Shown here: one piece after another, positions 54,288-64,000 of the stretch | Numbering within the stretch: the first letter of the stretch is position 1 | Layout of the letters: each line of letters begins with the position of its first letter | Source of the DNA: Sporopachydermia quercuum | Lineage: Eukaryota | Direction of reading: 5' to 3' | NCBI GenBank assembly: GCA_001599295.1 | Contig: BCGN01000003.1 | Location: 372,001-436,000 of the forward strand | DNA length: 64,000 bases | Position numbers and translations under genes: made by a program | Notes under the pieces: generated by a model | Seen by the model: the letters and a program-made list of their open reading frames with translations, nothing else | Database searches by the model: none | What the model was told of the DNA's origin: nothing

Positions 54288-55281
54288 GAGCTAGGTAAAT
54301 TGTATTATACAAGCTGATGGGTCTGTGTTTCGTTAATATATTAGTTATTGAGCATGTAAATACTGTCATTTCGATATGTTCTATATAATCTTTCATTATC
54401 TATTTTCACCCTTATTAATCAGAGAGAGTTCGGTAGTATACATGAATCTTGCATAATCTTGCACAACTGCGTTGAGTTCTGTCTGATATATGCTGATACT
54501 ATCTCGTTCCATATTCTGCATAAGAGTTGACAAACAAAAAAATGTTTGACATCGAACCCGTGATTCTTGTTGTTAAATTCTAAATATAAATCAGCTTCCA
54601 AAAATCTTAAAATTAAGGTAAACTCACATTAACTGTTGTTTCGTCACGATGATACACGCTTTTCATTAGTCTTTATACAAATGATCCAACAATTACTCTG
54701 ACAGCTTTCAGATTATATAATATTCTATATTGTAGCCAACAAATCTACTATCAGTTTCCATTACTCGAAAAGATTAGAAACCCATCAAATCGCCATAAAA
54801 CTTCACAACTCAACATAAATAAATCTAGCATTTATTTTTGTCATATGCTTGTCTTATTCCGAGGTTCCAACCTATTTCGGATTCATTCTTACCGCTTTTC
54901 TACTGATATCTTTCCTCCCTTCAGTACCGTCCCATATTGTGCACCACATGAAAATATCCCTCATCCGTCATCCGTCACCCGTGATCGCCTGCTGTATGCA
55001 GCACATGCATTTGAATGCACAACTTGCTCAATCTGCATATCTCTCCACCTTTTTTGAAACATTTCATTCTCGCCATTACTACCACCTGATTTACGTCTCA
55101 TCACCACACTTCACAGCATAGGATATCTATTGAAAATCAATGTATTGAAAGAAACAAAAAAAAATAAGAATTTAAAGCAGGCATTATACACGACTGTTAA
55201 GCCGGCACTAGAACTATTTTTCTCCCACAGGGACATTGTGGGAATGCATAGAAAAGACTGGGGATATGTCTCAGTAACACA

Positions 55282-57990
55282 ATGGAAAGGGTATCAAATG
55301 ACACAACCCATGAACATCGAAGTCTGGAAGCGGAAAAGGCTTCGGAACACAGGGAGAACCAGTATTTAGATGAGAGATTAAGTCAAAATAGCATTAGCAG
55401 CTCGGATAAGCAAAACGGAGATTTGGAGAATGAAGAAAACTCAGATCTGTCAGAAGAATCTGATGACTCCTTGACAGAGGATCTTGAACTGATTGGTAGA
55501 TCTCTGTATCCCTTACAGGGCTTCACGGTTCCTTCATTTCCATCTCTACCAACATCATTTCATCTAACACCTCCTGTGATGTCCAGAGTTATCAGTACAG
55601 TATCTACGTATTATAGAAGCTATATAGGAGAAGAACATGGAAGAGACACTGAACAAGAAGAAGGCTCTGCTCAGATAGTGGATGGTTCTGCCGCAGAAGT
55701 ACCAAACCCTTCAAGCAATCAAATGAGAAAATTCCTAGCAGATTTACGTAATGGATTCTCAATAAGAGCTGCTTTGGAACATTTGTATCAGTCTGAGAAC
55801 CTTAGACACACTCATCCTGATGCCGATTCTCAGTATATTGAAACACCAGTAGAAGCTCAAACAGGTATATGGGACCCGGAAGGTGTTTCATTTGCTACAG
55901 ACCCAGTAAATGCTCCTCCGTTTCAACAGTTTGTTGTTCCCCAAAGTAGCCTGTTGGGTGACGATGAAGTGAAACCCAGAGTCACTTATAGACGGAGAAA
56001 GAGAAAGACCCGCAGAAAGACCAACGGAGTGCCCAAAATTAATACAAGAGGCTCAGAAGGTAACAGCACCGAGAATACTTTAATGCAGGAAAGTATAGGA
56101 ATTCAGGAAGCTGATATTTCTGTTTCCGAATCGCCCGAAGACGACGTTTCTGATGGAGAAATTCATCTCAAACAGCTTCGGAAGAGAATTTTGGCTCTCC
56201 GATCTCTAAACTTACCTGATAAAAAGAAAGATATGCTAGTTCAGAGCCTTATGACAGAAAATTACTTCAAGAGCAAAGGAATACCTAATTTTTCAGCAGC
56301 ATCAGAAGAAGAAGAAGAGGAAGATGTTGATGCTGATGCTGATGTAGAAGAAGAAGATTACCATCATTCCAGAAAGTATCGTCATAATCATTTATCACCA
56401 ATTCTGAAGCTCCCACGGACGTTTGAAAGGATTATTTCCCACCCAGAATCAGATGTCAGTGATTATGAAGACGTTGAACTATCACTAGCAGATCTTACTC
56501 CCACATACCACGACCAGGAAAACCAAATACTGGGATGCAGGCATTATCAGCGGAAGTGTAAACTAGAATGTTCTATATGTGGGAAATGGGTTTCTTGTAG
56601 ATTTTGTCACGACGAGAAAACCCTTGATCATAAATTCGTTCGCCAGAAGACTACTAATGTACTTTGTATGGTCTGTTTCACTCCTCAGGAAGTCACGGAC
56701 GTTTGCTGTAATCCAGAATGTGGGATCACATTTGCTGAATATTTCTGTAGTAAATGCAAGCTTTATGACGATGACAGCACCAAGTCTATTTACCATTGCG
56801 ATGACTGTGGAATTTGCCGTATTGGCGAAGGATTGGGAATAGATTATTTCCATTGCAAGTCGTGTAACGTGTGCATGGCAATTGAGCTAGAAAACAACCA
56901 TAAATGCATTGAAAGATCAACCCAATGCGACTGTCCAATATGTGGAGAATATATGTTCACGTCTACCAGGAAAGTAGTTTTCATGTCTTGTGGCCATGCT
57001 ATTCATCAAGATTGCTATCAAGAACATACCAAACGTTCATTCAAATGTCCTACGTGTTCTATGTCTGTTATTAATATGGAAGCTCAGTTTCGTATTCTTG
57101 ATCGCGAAATCGAAAGGACTTTTCTGCCGGAACCATACTGCAACTGGAAATCGGTGATCTATTGCAATGACTGCAGAGGACGCAGTGTTGTCAGTTTCCA
57201 TTTCCTAGGCTTAAAATGTGATTTCTGTCAATCCTACAACACTGTACAAGATAGATTGATTAAAGACGGTAAAGATGTTGAACTGAACATTAACCTAGCT
57301 GATATTTCTGTCCAGGAGATCAACTCTGAACAAATTATCTCATTGGTAAACGAAATAAGTACCTTTTCACCAGCTGAAGTAGCTAATAACAAGAAATTGC
57401 GATCAAGAGCAGTTTCTCAGTCAAATACAATTCTTTCTATGAATCCATTGGAACATACAAATACCAATAGCAGTACTTCAGATGCTATGCACACGGATGA
57501 GTTTCTAAAGGAGTATCTACAGGAATTACAAGAGCAGCATAAATCCCGCGGGTTTACTGGATCTGCTAGAGATAGCAATAATGATGATAGCAGTGTCAAC
57601 GGAAGTACCAATTCACTTGGAGATGCTGCTATGCAAAGCTGGGAGTCTGCAGTAAGAAACTTCAGAACGTGGGAAGAAAATCTGCGTAAGAGTTGGGAAT
57701 CACGAGAACGTAACCAGTTTTCCTTTAGTTTATCAAAGCTTGGTATTACTGAGGAAGAAGAACAGGAGGGCATACAGGAAAGTATTAAGGATACCGAGAA
57801 GGATAACAGTAAGCTTGCCAAAGGGGAAGCTACAATGAAGAAAGGGCAAGAGATAGGTAAAGATAATGACCAGGGCAGTGCTGATGGTGTTAACGATGTT
57901 TATGAAGATAACGACGAGGAAGAGGACGAAGAAGAGGACGAAGAAGAGGATGAAGGTCCCGTGAGACAGTTTTTCAAACAGATGCATTAA
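55282..57990 (+). CDS. RCHY1/Pirh2-like E3 ligase (CHY, CTCHY, RING, zinc ribbon)
   Basis: GCRHYQRKCKLECSICGKWVSCRFCHDE, YHCDDCGICRIG, DCPICGEYMF...CGHAIHQDC...CPTC and FHFLGLKCDFCQSYNT. Confidence 0.92.
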   Translation: MERVSNDTTHEHRSLEAEKASEHRENQYLDERLSQNSISSSDKQNGDLENEENSDLSEESDDSLTEDLELIGRSLYPLQGFTVPSFPSLPTSFHLTPPVMSRVISTVSTYYRSYIGEEHGRDTEQEEGSAQIVDGSAAEVPNPSSNQMRKFLADLRNGFSIRAALEHLYQSENLRHTHPDADSQYIETPVEAQTGIWDPEGVSFATDPVNAPPFQQFVVPQSSLLGDDEVKPRVTYRRRKRKTRRKTNGVPKINTRGSEGNSTENTLMQESIGIQEADISVSESPEDDVSDGEIHLKQLRKRILALRSLNLPDKKKDMLVQSLMTENYFKSKGIPNFSAASEEEEEEDVDADADVEEEDYHHSRKYRHNHLSPILKLPRTFERIISHPESDVSDYEDVELSLADLTPTYHDQENQILGCRHYQRKCKLECSICGKWVSCRFCHDEKTLDHKFVRQKTTNVLCMVCFTPQEVTDVCCNPECGITFAEYFCSKCKLYDDDSTKSIYHCDDCGICRIGEGLGIDYFHCKSCNVCMAIELENNHKCIERSTQCDCPICGEYMFTSTRKVVFMSCGHAIHQDCYQEHTKRSFKCPTCSMSVINMEAQFRILDREIERTFLPEPYCNWKSVIYCNDCRGRSVVSFHFLGLKCDFCQSYNTVQDRLIKDGKDVELNINLADISVQEINSEQIISLVNEISTFSPAEVANNKKLRSRAVSQSNTILSMNPLEHTNTNSSTSDAMHTDEFLKEYLQELQEQHKSRGFTGSARDSNNDDSSVNGSTNSLGDAAMQSWESAVRNFRTWEENLRKSWESRERNQFSFSLSKLGITEEEEQEGIQESIKDTEKDNSKLAKGEATMKKGQEIGKDNDQGSADGVNDVYEDNDEEEDEEEDEEEDEGPVRQFFKQMH

Positions 57991-58486
57991 GTATATGAGG
58001 TAGATGCGATTCACGAGAAGCTAAAGGTTCAGTATAAAAGTGTTAATGTTGTGATCTCCAATTAGAAATCAAGTAACAAACATACGAATAACGATAAGCA
58101 CTTATATCGCAGAGGTAGAAATAATGATACAATTAATTTCTACTCGGCAGGATTTCTTTAATTTTTATTTTATGGATAGTTTGACGGATGTTTGGTTTAA
58201 TGGCTGATTAATTTTTTTTTGTTCCAGCCTGGACTAGGGTCAGGACGAGAGTACTATTTATATATTGAGGAAAACGTACAGTATAGTGTATATAACTCAT
58301 ATAAAACTCTTGCATAATTTATGATGAAAAACTTTAAATTATAATTAAATGGTAGAGAACTAAAGTAAATGGAGATCCTACGAAAACACTGCAATTATTG
58401 ATTATCTTTTTCAAATTGAATTGTATCAAAAAAGCACAAATTATACCATTTAAACGTAAGTATGTGAAAACTAAGAAACAGATTCA

Positions 58487-59287
58487 TTAGATTTTAACGG
58501 TAGAAGTAATAGAGGCACCTCCATCGATCGGAATAACAACACCGTTAAGATAATTTGATTGCTTAGCGCAGAGGAATAAACAGACGTTCTTGATATCATC
58601 AGGGACTCCTAAACGACCTCTAGGGTTGCCTTCAACCATTTTATCACCAAATTTTTCTAATAAGCCATTGCTCATTTTACTTGGGAAAAAACCTGGAGCT
58701 AAAATATTAACAGTGACGTTTTTTCTAGCCAATTCATTAGCTAATGCTCTTCCCATATGTGTGACAGCTGCTTTTGATGCCAAATAACCATAAGTTCCAC
58801 CTTCAGAGACAGTGAAACCGGCAACAGAACTCATAATCAGGACTCTCGCAGGGTCATCGCTTTTACCACCTTTAAAGAGATATTGACCAAAATTCTGAAT
58901 AGTGCTGAAAACACCTCTTACGTTTAAATCAAGGACCTTTTGAATAGCTTCATCCGGGTGCTTTCCAAAGGGTGCACCCCAAGAAGCACCAGCATTAGCA
59001 ATCAAAATATCTAACTTTCTTTCACCATATTTATCATGGAATTGTTTTGCTAGATGCTCATTGCCAGCATTCGTTGATACATCTGCTGGAATAGCATATG
59101 CTTTTCCTCTTACACCTGGCAAAGCATTCAAGTATTTCACTGCTTCTTCACAGGCTTCCGCTTTTCTTGATGAAATGTAAACTCTGGAGGCACCGTTTTG
59201 AAGTAATGATTCTGCACAATAAAGCCCAAGACCACGAGACCCTCCTGTGATCACAGCAATCTTTCCATTAACGTTGTAATCTACCAT
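58487..59287 (-). CDS. Short-chain dehydrogenase/reductase (RhlG-like)
   Basis: TGGSRGLG, ANAGASWG, catalytic YLASK and IPIDGG. Confidence 0.9.
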   Translation of the reverse strand: MVDYNVNGKIAVITGGSRGLGLYCAESLLQNGASRVYISSRKAEACEEAVKYLNALPGVRGKAYAIPADVSTNAGNEHLAKQFHDKYGERKLDILIANAGASWGAPFGKHPDEAIQKVLDLNVRGVFSTIQNFGQYLFKGGKSDDPARVLIMSSVAGFTVSEGGTYGYLASKAAVTHMGRALANELARKNVTVNILAPGFFPSKMSNGLLEKFGDKMVEGNPRGRLGVPDDIKNVCLFLCAKQSNYLNGVVIPIDGGASITSTVKI

Positions 59288-60398
59288 TATGTCTGTGATG
59301 CTGTTATGTATAAGTAATTCCTCTAATTATTTCTTTGTTTAGCACGTTAGCAAGAGAATAAAACGTATCAAATATCTGATCCGGCTCAACAATAATATCT
59401 CAAGCTTCTAACCCTAAACTATCATCAAACTGATATTTCCTTATTAAAAATCTTACCAATATACAATAGAAATATACAATTACTGCCAAATACTTGCTAT
59501 CACAAAGAAGCAAAATACTAATTAATCCTTGCTAGGATCCATGGGCCTTTTGTAGCTACTAGTCGGATTCTATCGCTGCCAAAACATGGGGTAGAATGTA
59601 GATACATGTGAAAATATAAAATGGGGAATCCGGGGGTTGTCTTGAAGACTTATAGTGAAAAGAGATTTACCGAGGCATTAGTATTGAAGATTGATCTTGC
59701 ATCAATATTGCATGTGTTATGCATGAAATGCAAGAAAGCAAACAAAATACAACATTGGATCTATCATCAATTAAGGTTCTGCAGTTCTCCCCTTACTAAA
59801 CGTAAAAAAGTTGCAAGAAGAATATGAAAAGTTTATGCCTAATAAAGCAATAAATGAGGCTCAACACTAATTTGTTGGTTTTTTTTTCTATATATAGTAG
59901 TGATGTAAGGAATTGATGAATATGTAATCAGTTAAATACTCAACGAACTATGAAGTATCACAGAGGTAGAGCAGTAATGAATCAAGTAAAAGATTGAATG
60001 AATCAGGCAGAAAATGTATTCGGTTACTAAGGTATTGTAGGTGTTTTGAAAAGATTGAGTAGACGAATCAATNGAGGATACGATTGTCATAATTGCTGTT
60101 AGTTTAGCTAAATTAGATTGCTAATTTGGTTACTAGAGATGACTGTATTGAGTGGATTGCTAGTGTGAGTAGTAGGGTAGCATCAACTTGTGAACAGTAG
60201 CTGAGAGATCTTTCTGTAGAAGCCAGTGAAGGTTGACTGTATCGCGTAATACAATTACTTGAGACAGAAGAATCGAAGACAAAAGAAAGAGAATACTGGC
60301 ATGGGATTAAGATACCAAAAATCAGATTTAGGAAACGCTTTCTATGACATCAGATCAATTATCCTCTTGTACCTACTTGCTTACACTAATTGCTTATA

Positions 60399-61649
60399 AT
60401 GAACTCCATTCACTATCTTTCCTCGAAAGTGAAGGGAGTGTTCGAGTTCGAAGACGACAATAAAGATGAATTAGCTAACGATTTATCGGAGCCCGAGCTA
60501 GAGAAACCAGAGGTTGAAAATATAACTGTACAAGATGATTCTGACGAGGATTTGTTTTCCGATAACGAGAAGACCAGGAATCTGTCTATACAATCAGAAA
60601 AAGAGGACTGTGAGGGATCACCATCTAGTGACGATGAAAAGGATGATCTTAAACATTATCAGCAGCAACAACAGCTGCGAAATTTTTTACAGCGGGAACA
60701 GCGGGAACAGCGAAGGAAGTCAAATGATTCAGACGTATCATTTGAAGAATCAAGGCAGCCTAAACAACGCCGCAAGTCATCTCATAGTTCTGACGAAGAT
60801 GCCGATGATCATGCCAGTTCTTCCGAGAATTCAAATCAAATCAAGAACTCCATTTTTATGAGAATAATTCATCTGTTTCTTCAACCTTTCTTCATGGCAA
60901 AATTCATCCTTCTATGGCCTTTTACATATCAACCTATAGATGAGAATCTTCGTAAGATCGACAAAAGAGAGCGACGTTCCGCTGCTGACATCATACCAAA
61001 AGAATCTTTGAATCTCAAATCTCCCACATCTTCAACTACATCATACTTGAACATCCATCCACCGAAAAGATTGTTCACAAGCTCTACTTTACAGCCGGGC
61101 CATAAAACATTAGTACTAGATCTTGATGAAACGTTGATTCATTCCTTAGCAAGAGAAAATAGGATATCATCTGGTCACATGGTAGAAGTAAAACTACCAA
61201 GCAATTTTGCTACACTGTATTATGTGCATAAAAGGCCTCATTGTGATGCATTCTTGAAACAAGTATCAAAATGGTTCCGTCTTGTGGTTTTCACAGCTAG
61301 TGTGAGAGAATACGCTGATCCTGTGATTGACTGGTTAGAATCAGAACTTCCGAGATCAGTTTTCCACAAACGATATTACAGGGACGATTGCTTGTATGAT
61401 GCTGAACATGGCGGATACATAAAAGATTTATCAATAGTTGAACCTGACTTGTCGAAAGTACTGATAATTGACAATTCACCTGTATCCTATTCTTTACACG
61501 AGGAGAATGCGATAGTGATTCAAGGGTGGATTAATGATTCTAGTGATGTCGATCTGTTATACTTAATACCTATTTTGAATGCTCTGCGATATGTTGACGA
61601 TGTTAGATGCATCTTAGGATTGAAAGCTGGTGAACAATTGTTTAAATAG
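60399..61649 (+). CDS. NEM1: Nem1/Dullard-type HAD phosphatase
   Basis: KTLVLDLDETLIHS, YYVHKRP and IIDNSP, a hydrophobic segment before the catalytic domain, and an MNSI...LS start. Confidence 0.88.
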   Translation: MNSIHYLSSKVKGVFEFEDDNKDELANDLSEPELEKPEVENITVQDDSDEDLFSDNEKTRNLSIQSEKEDCEGSPSSDDEKDDLKHYQQQQQLRNFLQREQREQRRKSNDSDVSFEESRQPKQRRKSSHSSDEDADDHASSSENSNQIKNSIFMRIIHLFLQPFFMAKFILLWPFTYQPIDENLRKIDKRERRSAADIIPKESLNLKSPTSSTTSYLNIHPPKRLFTSSTLQPGHKTLVLDLDETLIHSLARENRISSGHMVEVKLPSNFATLYYVHKRPHCDAFLKQVSKWFRLVVFTASVREYADPVIDWLESELPRSVFHKRYYRDDCLYDAEHGGYIKDLSIVEPDLSKVLIIDNSPVSYSLHEENAIVIQGWINDSSDVDLLYLIPILNALRYVDDVRCILGLKAGEQLFK

Positions 61650-62939
61650 ATGTGTAGAAACGGTTATGAATAGAAATCATGAAGATGAAGTTGGAAAGCA
61701 GAAGAAGACGGAAGAAGTCAGTGAGAGTGAGAGTGTGTACATACAAGTGACTACAACTGCACCTATTTATTTTATGGAATATGATTGGACACATGTTTCA
61801 AATATACTCGAGCTTATGTTCCAGGATGTATTCATATATTATGGACGTAATTACTCGTTGTATTGATTACAACGGAACGAACAAAAATGAAATAGATTAA
61901 TGATTATGAGCCGGGATGTTGAGTAATTGCCGTAGTTTCTTTTTATGCTTTAATAGCCGTTAAAACAACTCTTGCTGGGAGTCTAGTCGTAGCCAATATT
62001 GAAAATTTACCTCCTGTACACCAATACCCAAAAACTATGAAAAAACAGACTTGTTTGTATGAATATATACATACTTGAAAAAGAAAACACTATTTTCCAA
62101 AGATGCACAACAGCAGTCAGGAACAATGATTCATCTTGCCAGGCATTAGTATAATTCGCTACAGAGAGGACAAGGTACACCTAAATTGATACGAATCTAT
62201 TGAGGAAATGTCTATATGCACTAATTATAAATAACAAATGTAGAGATCATTCTCAGCCATGAGTTTGAACTTATAAGAAAGAAACGAAGCGGTATAACAG
62301 CCTTCAATTTTGACACGTTCAACGTACTTTGAACTAGCATACACTTTATATCATTTATTGCTAAGATGACTGGAAGCATATCAACCAAGTAATCAAATAA
62401 GTAGTCAACTAACCATTNGCTGGTACAAGTAGGCCTATGAAGAAAATTATACCACTAGTCAAAACACCGAGACTATAATATACCTGATGTACACAGAATT
62501 ATGAACAACACTGTGAAGAGCTTTACATTATTCTTTAACATTTTTTAATCCTATCCAAGTAAGTACTAAATATATACAAAAGCCAAAGAATATTCAGCTT
62601 ATAAGCAGAAATAAATTGTCCCTGCCTTATCAAAAACTTCCTAAATAGGAAAGAAAACGATAANCCAAAAGTCTGGGACAACCCGGTACAATACTGGGTA
62701 GAAAGTAGAGTGAGACTTGAAAGTATAATGACCCAAAACAATATTATGGTTTAAGTACAAACAAAGTGAAGAGAGCTGGTTTTGATCTCTTCAAGCTCTC
62801 TTCTCATATCCCATTAATTGCGTATTAGTATTGACTAGATTTATTGATTATAATTTATTTGTGAACTACATAGTAATGCCAGTATTATCTATCCACAATT
62901 ATCCAACTGAGGAGGAGAGAATATGTATACACAAAACAA

Positions 62940-64000
62940 TTAGTTCACTAAAAATTGACGTCTATTCTCTTGATCTTCTTTCGCTTGACCACCACCTCTC
63001 AATGGTTTCACAATTCTTAAATTGAGACCAACTCTTGATACATGCCCACTTGAACCTGTTACAGGACCAATTGGAACGTTGTTTGACTGTGTGTCACTCA
63101 GGTAGTTATTTTCCATATGACCGTTTTCTTTAGTCTCATGGATTGATGATGACGATGATGTGATTGTCTGTGGCTTTGGTCTGCTGGAATAGAAATTGTT
63201 GAAAGATGAGTCATTAGGATTGGGACTTAAACTTTTGACTTCTTCCAGCTTAGCTCTTAATTCTTCAAGTTTTGCTTCTAGTGCTTGATTTTCTTTGAAG
63301 AAATGACGCTGCGATTCCATCAACATTNTATCTAAGGTTTTGATACGTTCATTGCGAGCGTCAAGGATGCGTTGTGATATTTGAATGTCTTTCTTTAGAG
63401 CAATATTTTGTTCATATAGTTGTTTCTGGACTTCACTTACTTGTTCCATATTTCTTTCCAACATCTTCATCTTCTTGTCATGTTTTTCCTTTAGGGCGTC
63501 TTTATCTCCATTACCATCCTTAGATTGATCTAGTGCAATTTCGAGCTCAACAATCTTTTCACACTTTTCTTGAACATCCTCTAGTAAACGTTCACGAATT
63601 GAGTCCTTTTCCTTAATTATAATCCCCAATTTAGCGATTTCCACATCTTTGTCTTCGCATTTCTTCTTTAAAGCGTCAATAGAGTTTTGAAATTCAGCTG
63701 TATCTCCTGAATTAGATAATAACTTGTAGTCCATTGACGATGAAGAAAGAATACCTTTCGAGCTGCCGTTTCGTTCCTTTTCTTCTTGTTCTTGTTTAGA
63801 TTTGAGTGTTTCCAATTGAGCTTTTAGCTGTCTTGACTCTTGAGCATTTTCGACTAATTCCTGAGCCAGTTGTTTCAGCCTATCAATCAGCTCAGCAACG
63901 TTCTCTTCAAACCCTTCAAAAGGTTTCAGTTCTTGTGATAAACTAGTGACATAATCAGCAGAACTCATATGAGATGCAAGTACAGAAGCTGAGATGTTGT
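62940..64000 (-). CDS. Kinesin-1 heavy chain, C-terminal stalk and tail (5' part outside window)
   Basis: Coiled coil with CEKIVELEIALD, ILDARNERI and the IAK-like tail motif RIVKPLRGGG. Confidence 0.85.
   Translation of the reverse strand, partial: NISASVLASHMSSADYVTSLSQELKPFEGFEENVAELIDRLKQLAQELVENAQESRQLKAQLETLKSKQEQEEKERNGSSKGILSSSSMDYKLLSNSGDTAEFQNSIDALKKKCEDKDVEIAKLGIIIKEKDSIRERLLEDVQEKCEKIVELEIALDQSKDGNGDKDALKEKHDKKMKMLERNMEQVSEVQKQLYEQNIALKKDIQISQRILDARNERIKTLDXMLMESQRHFFKENQALEAKLEELRAKLEEVKSLSPNPNDSSFNNFYSSRPKPQTITSSSSSIHETKENGHMENNYLSDTQSNNVPIGPVTGSSGHVSRVGLNLRIVKPLRGGGQAKEDQENRRQFLVN

Overview
AT-rich budding-yeast (Saccharomycotina) nuclear DNA. CUG reads as Leu at conserved positions, and several genes carry 1-3 short spliceosomal introns. 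About 20 protein genes are present: PHO91, a small YNR014W-like ORF, YAH1, VTI1, a YMR196W-like GH63 glucosidase, RFC1, RUD3, a YIM1-like reductase, an epimerase-only GAL10, an ECL1-family gene, SRX1, MDH1, a C2H2 transcription factor, TVP18, an EEF1AKMT4-like methyltransferase, NMA1, an RCHY1-like RING ligase, an SDR, NEM1 and the 3' end of kinesin-1. Two genes are decayed: a tandem YIM1-like relic and a multiply interrupted U2SURP/SR140 homologue. The most unusual part is a gene-free ~5.4 kb interval (47489-52877). There, degenerate inverted repeats bracket ~2.96 kb containing a perfect 293-bp inverted repeat with a 287-bp spacer and a mosaic of mitochondrial DNA (split rnl domain V, nad5, trnT). 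This could be a centromere, a hairpin-RNA locus or a DNA-capturing non-autonomous element; the sequence alone cannot decide. A phased TGCA-N6/7-TGCA motif recurs in many intergenic regions. All calls were made by eye; no searches were run.
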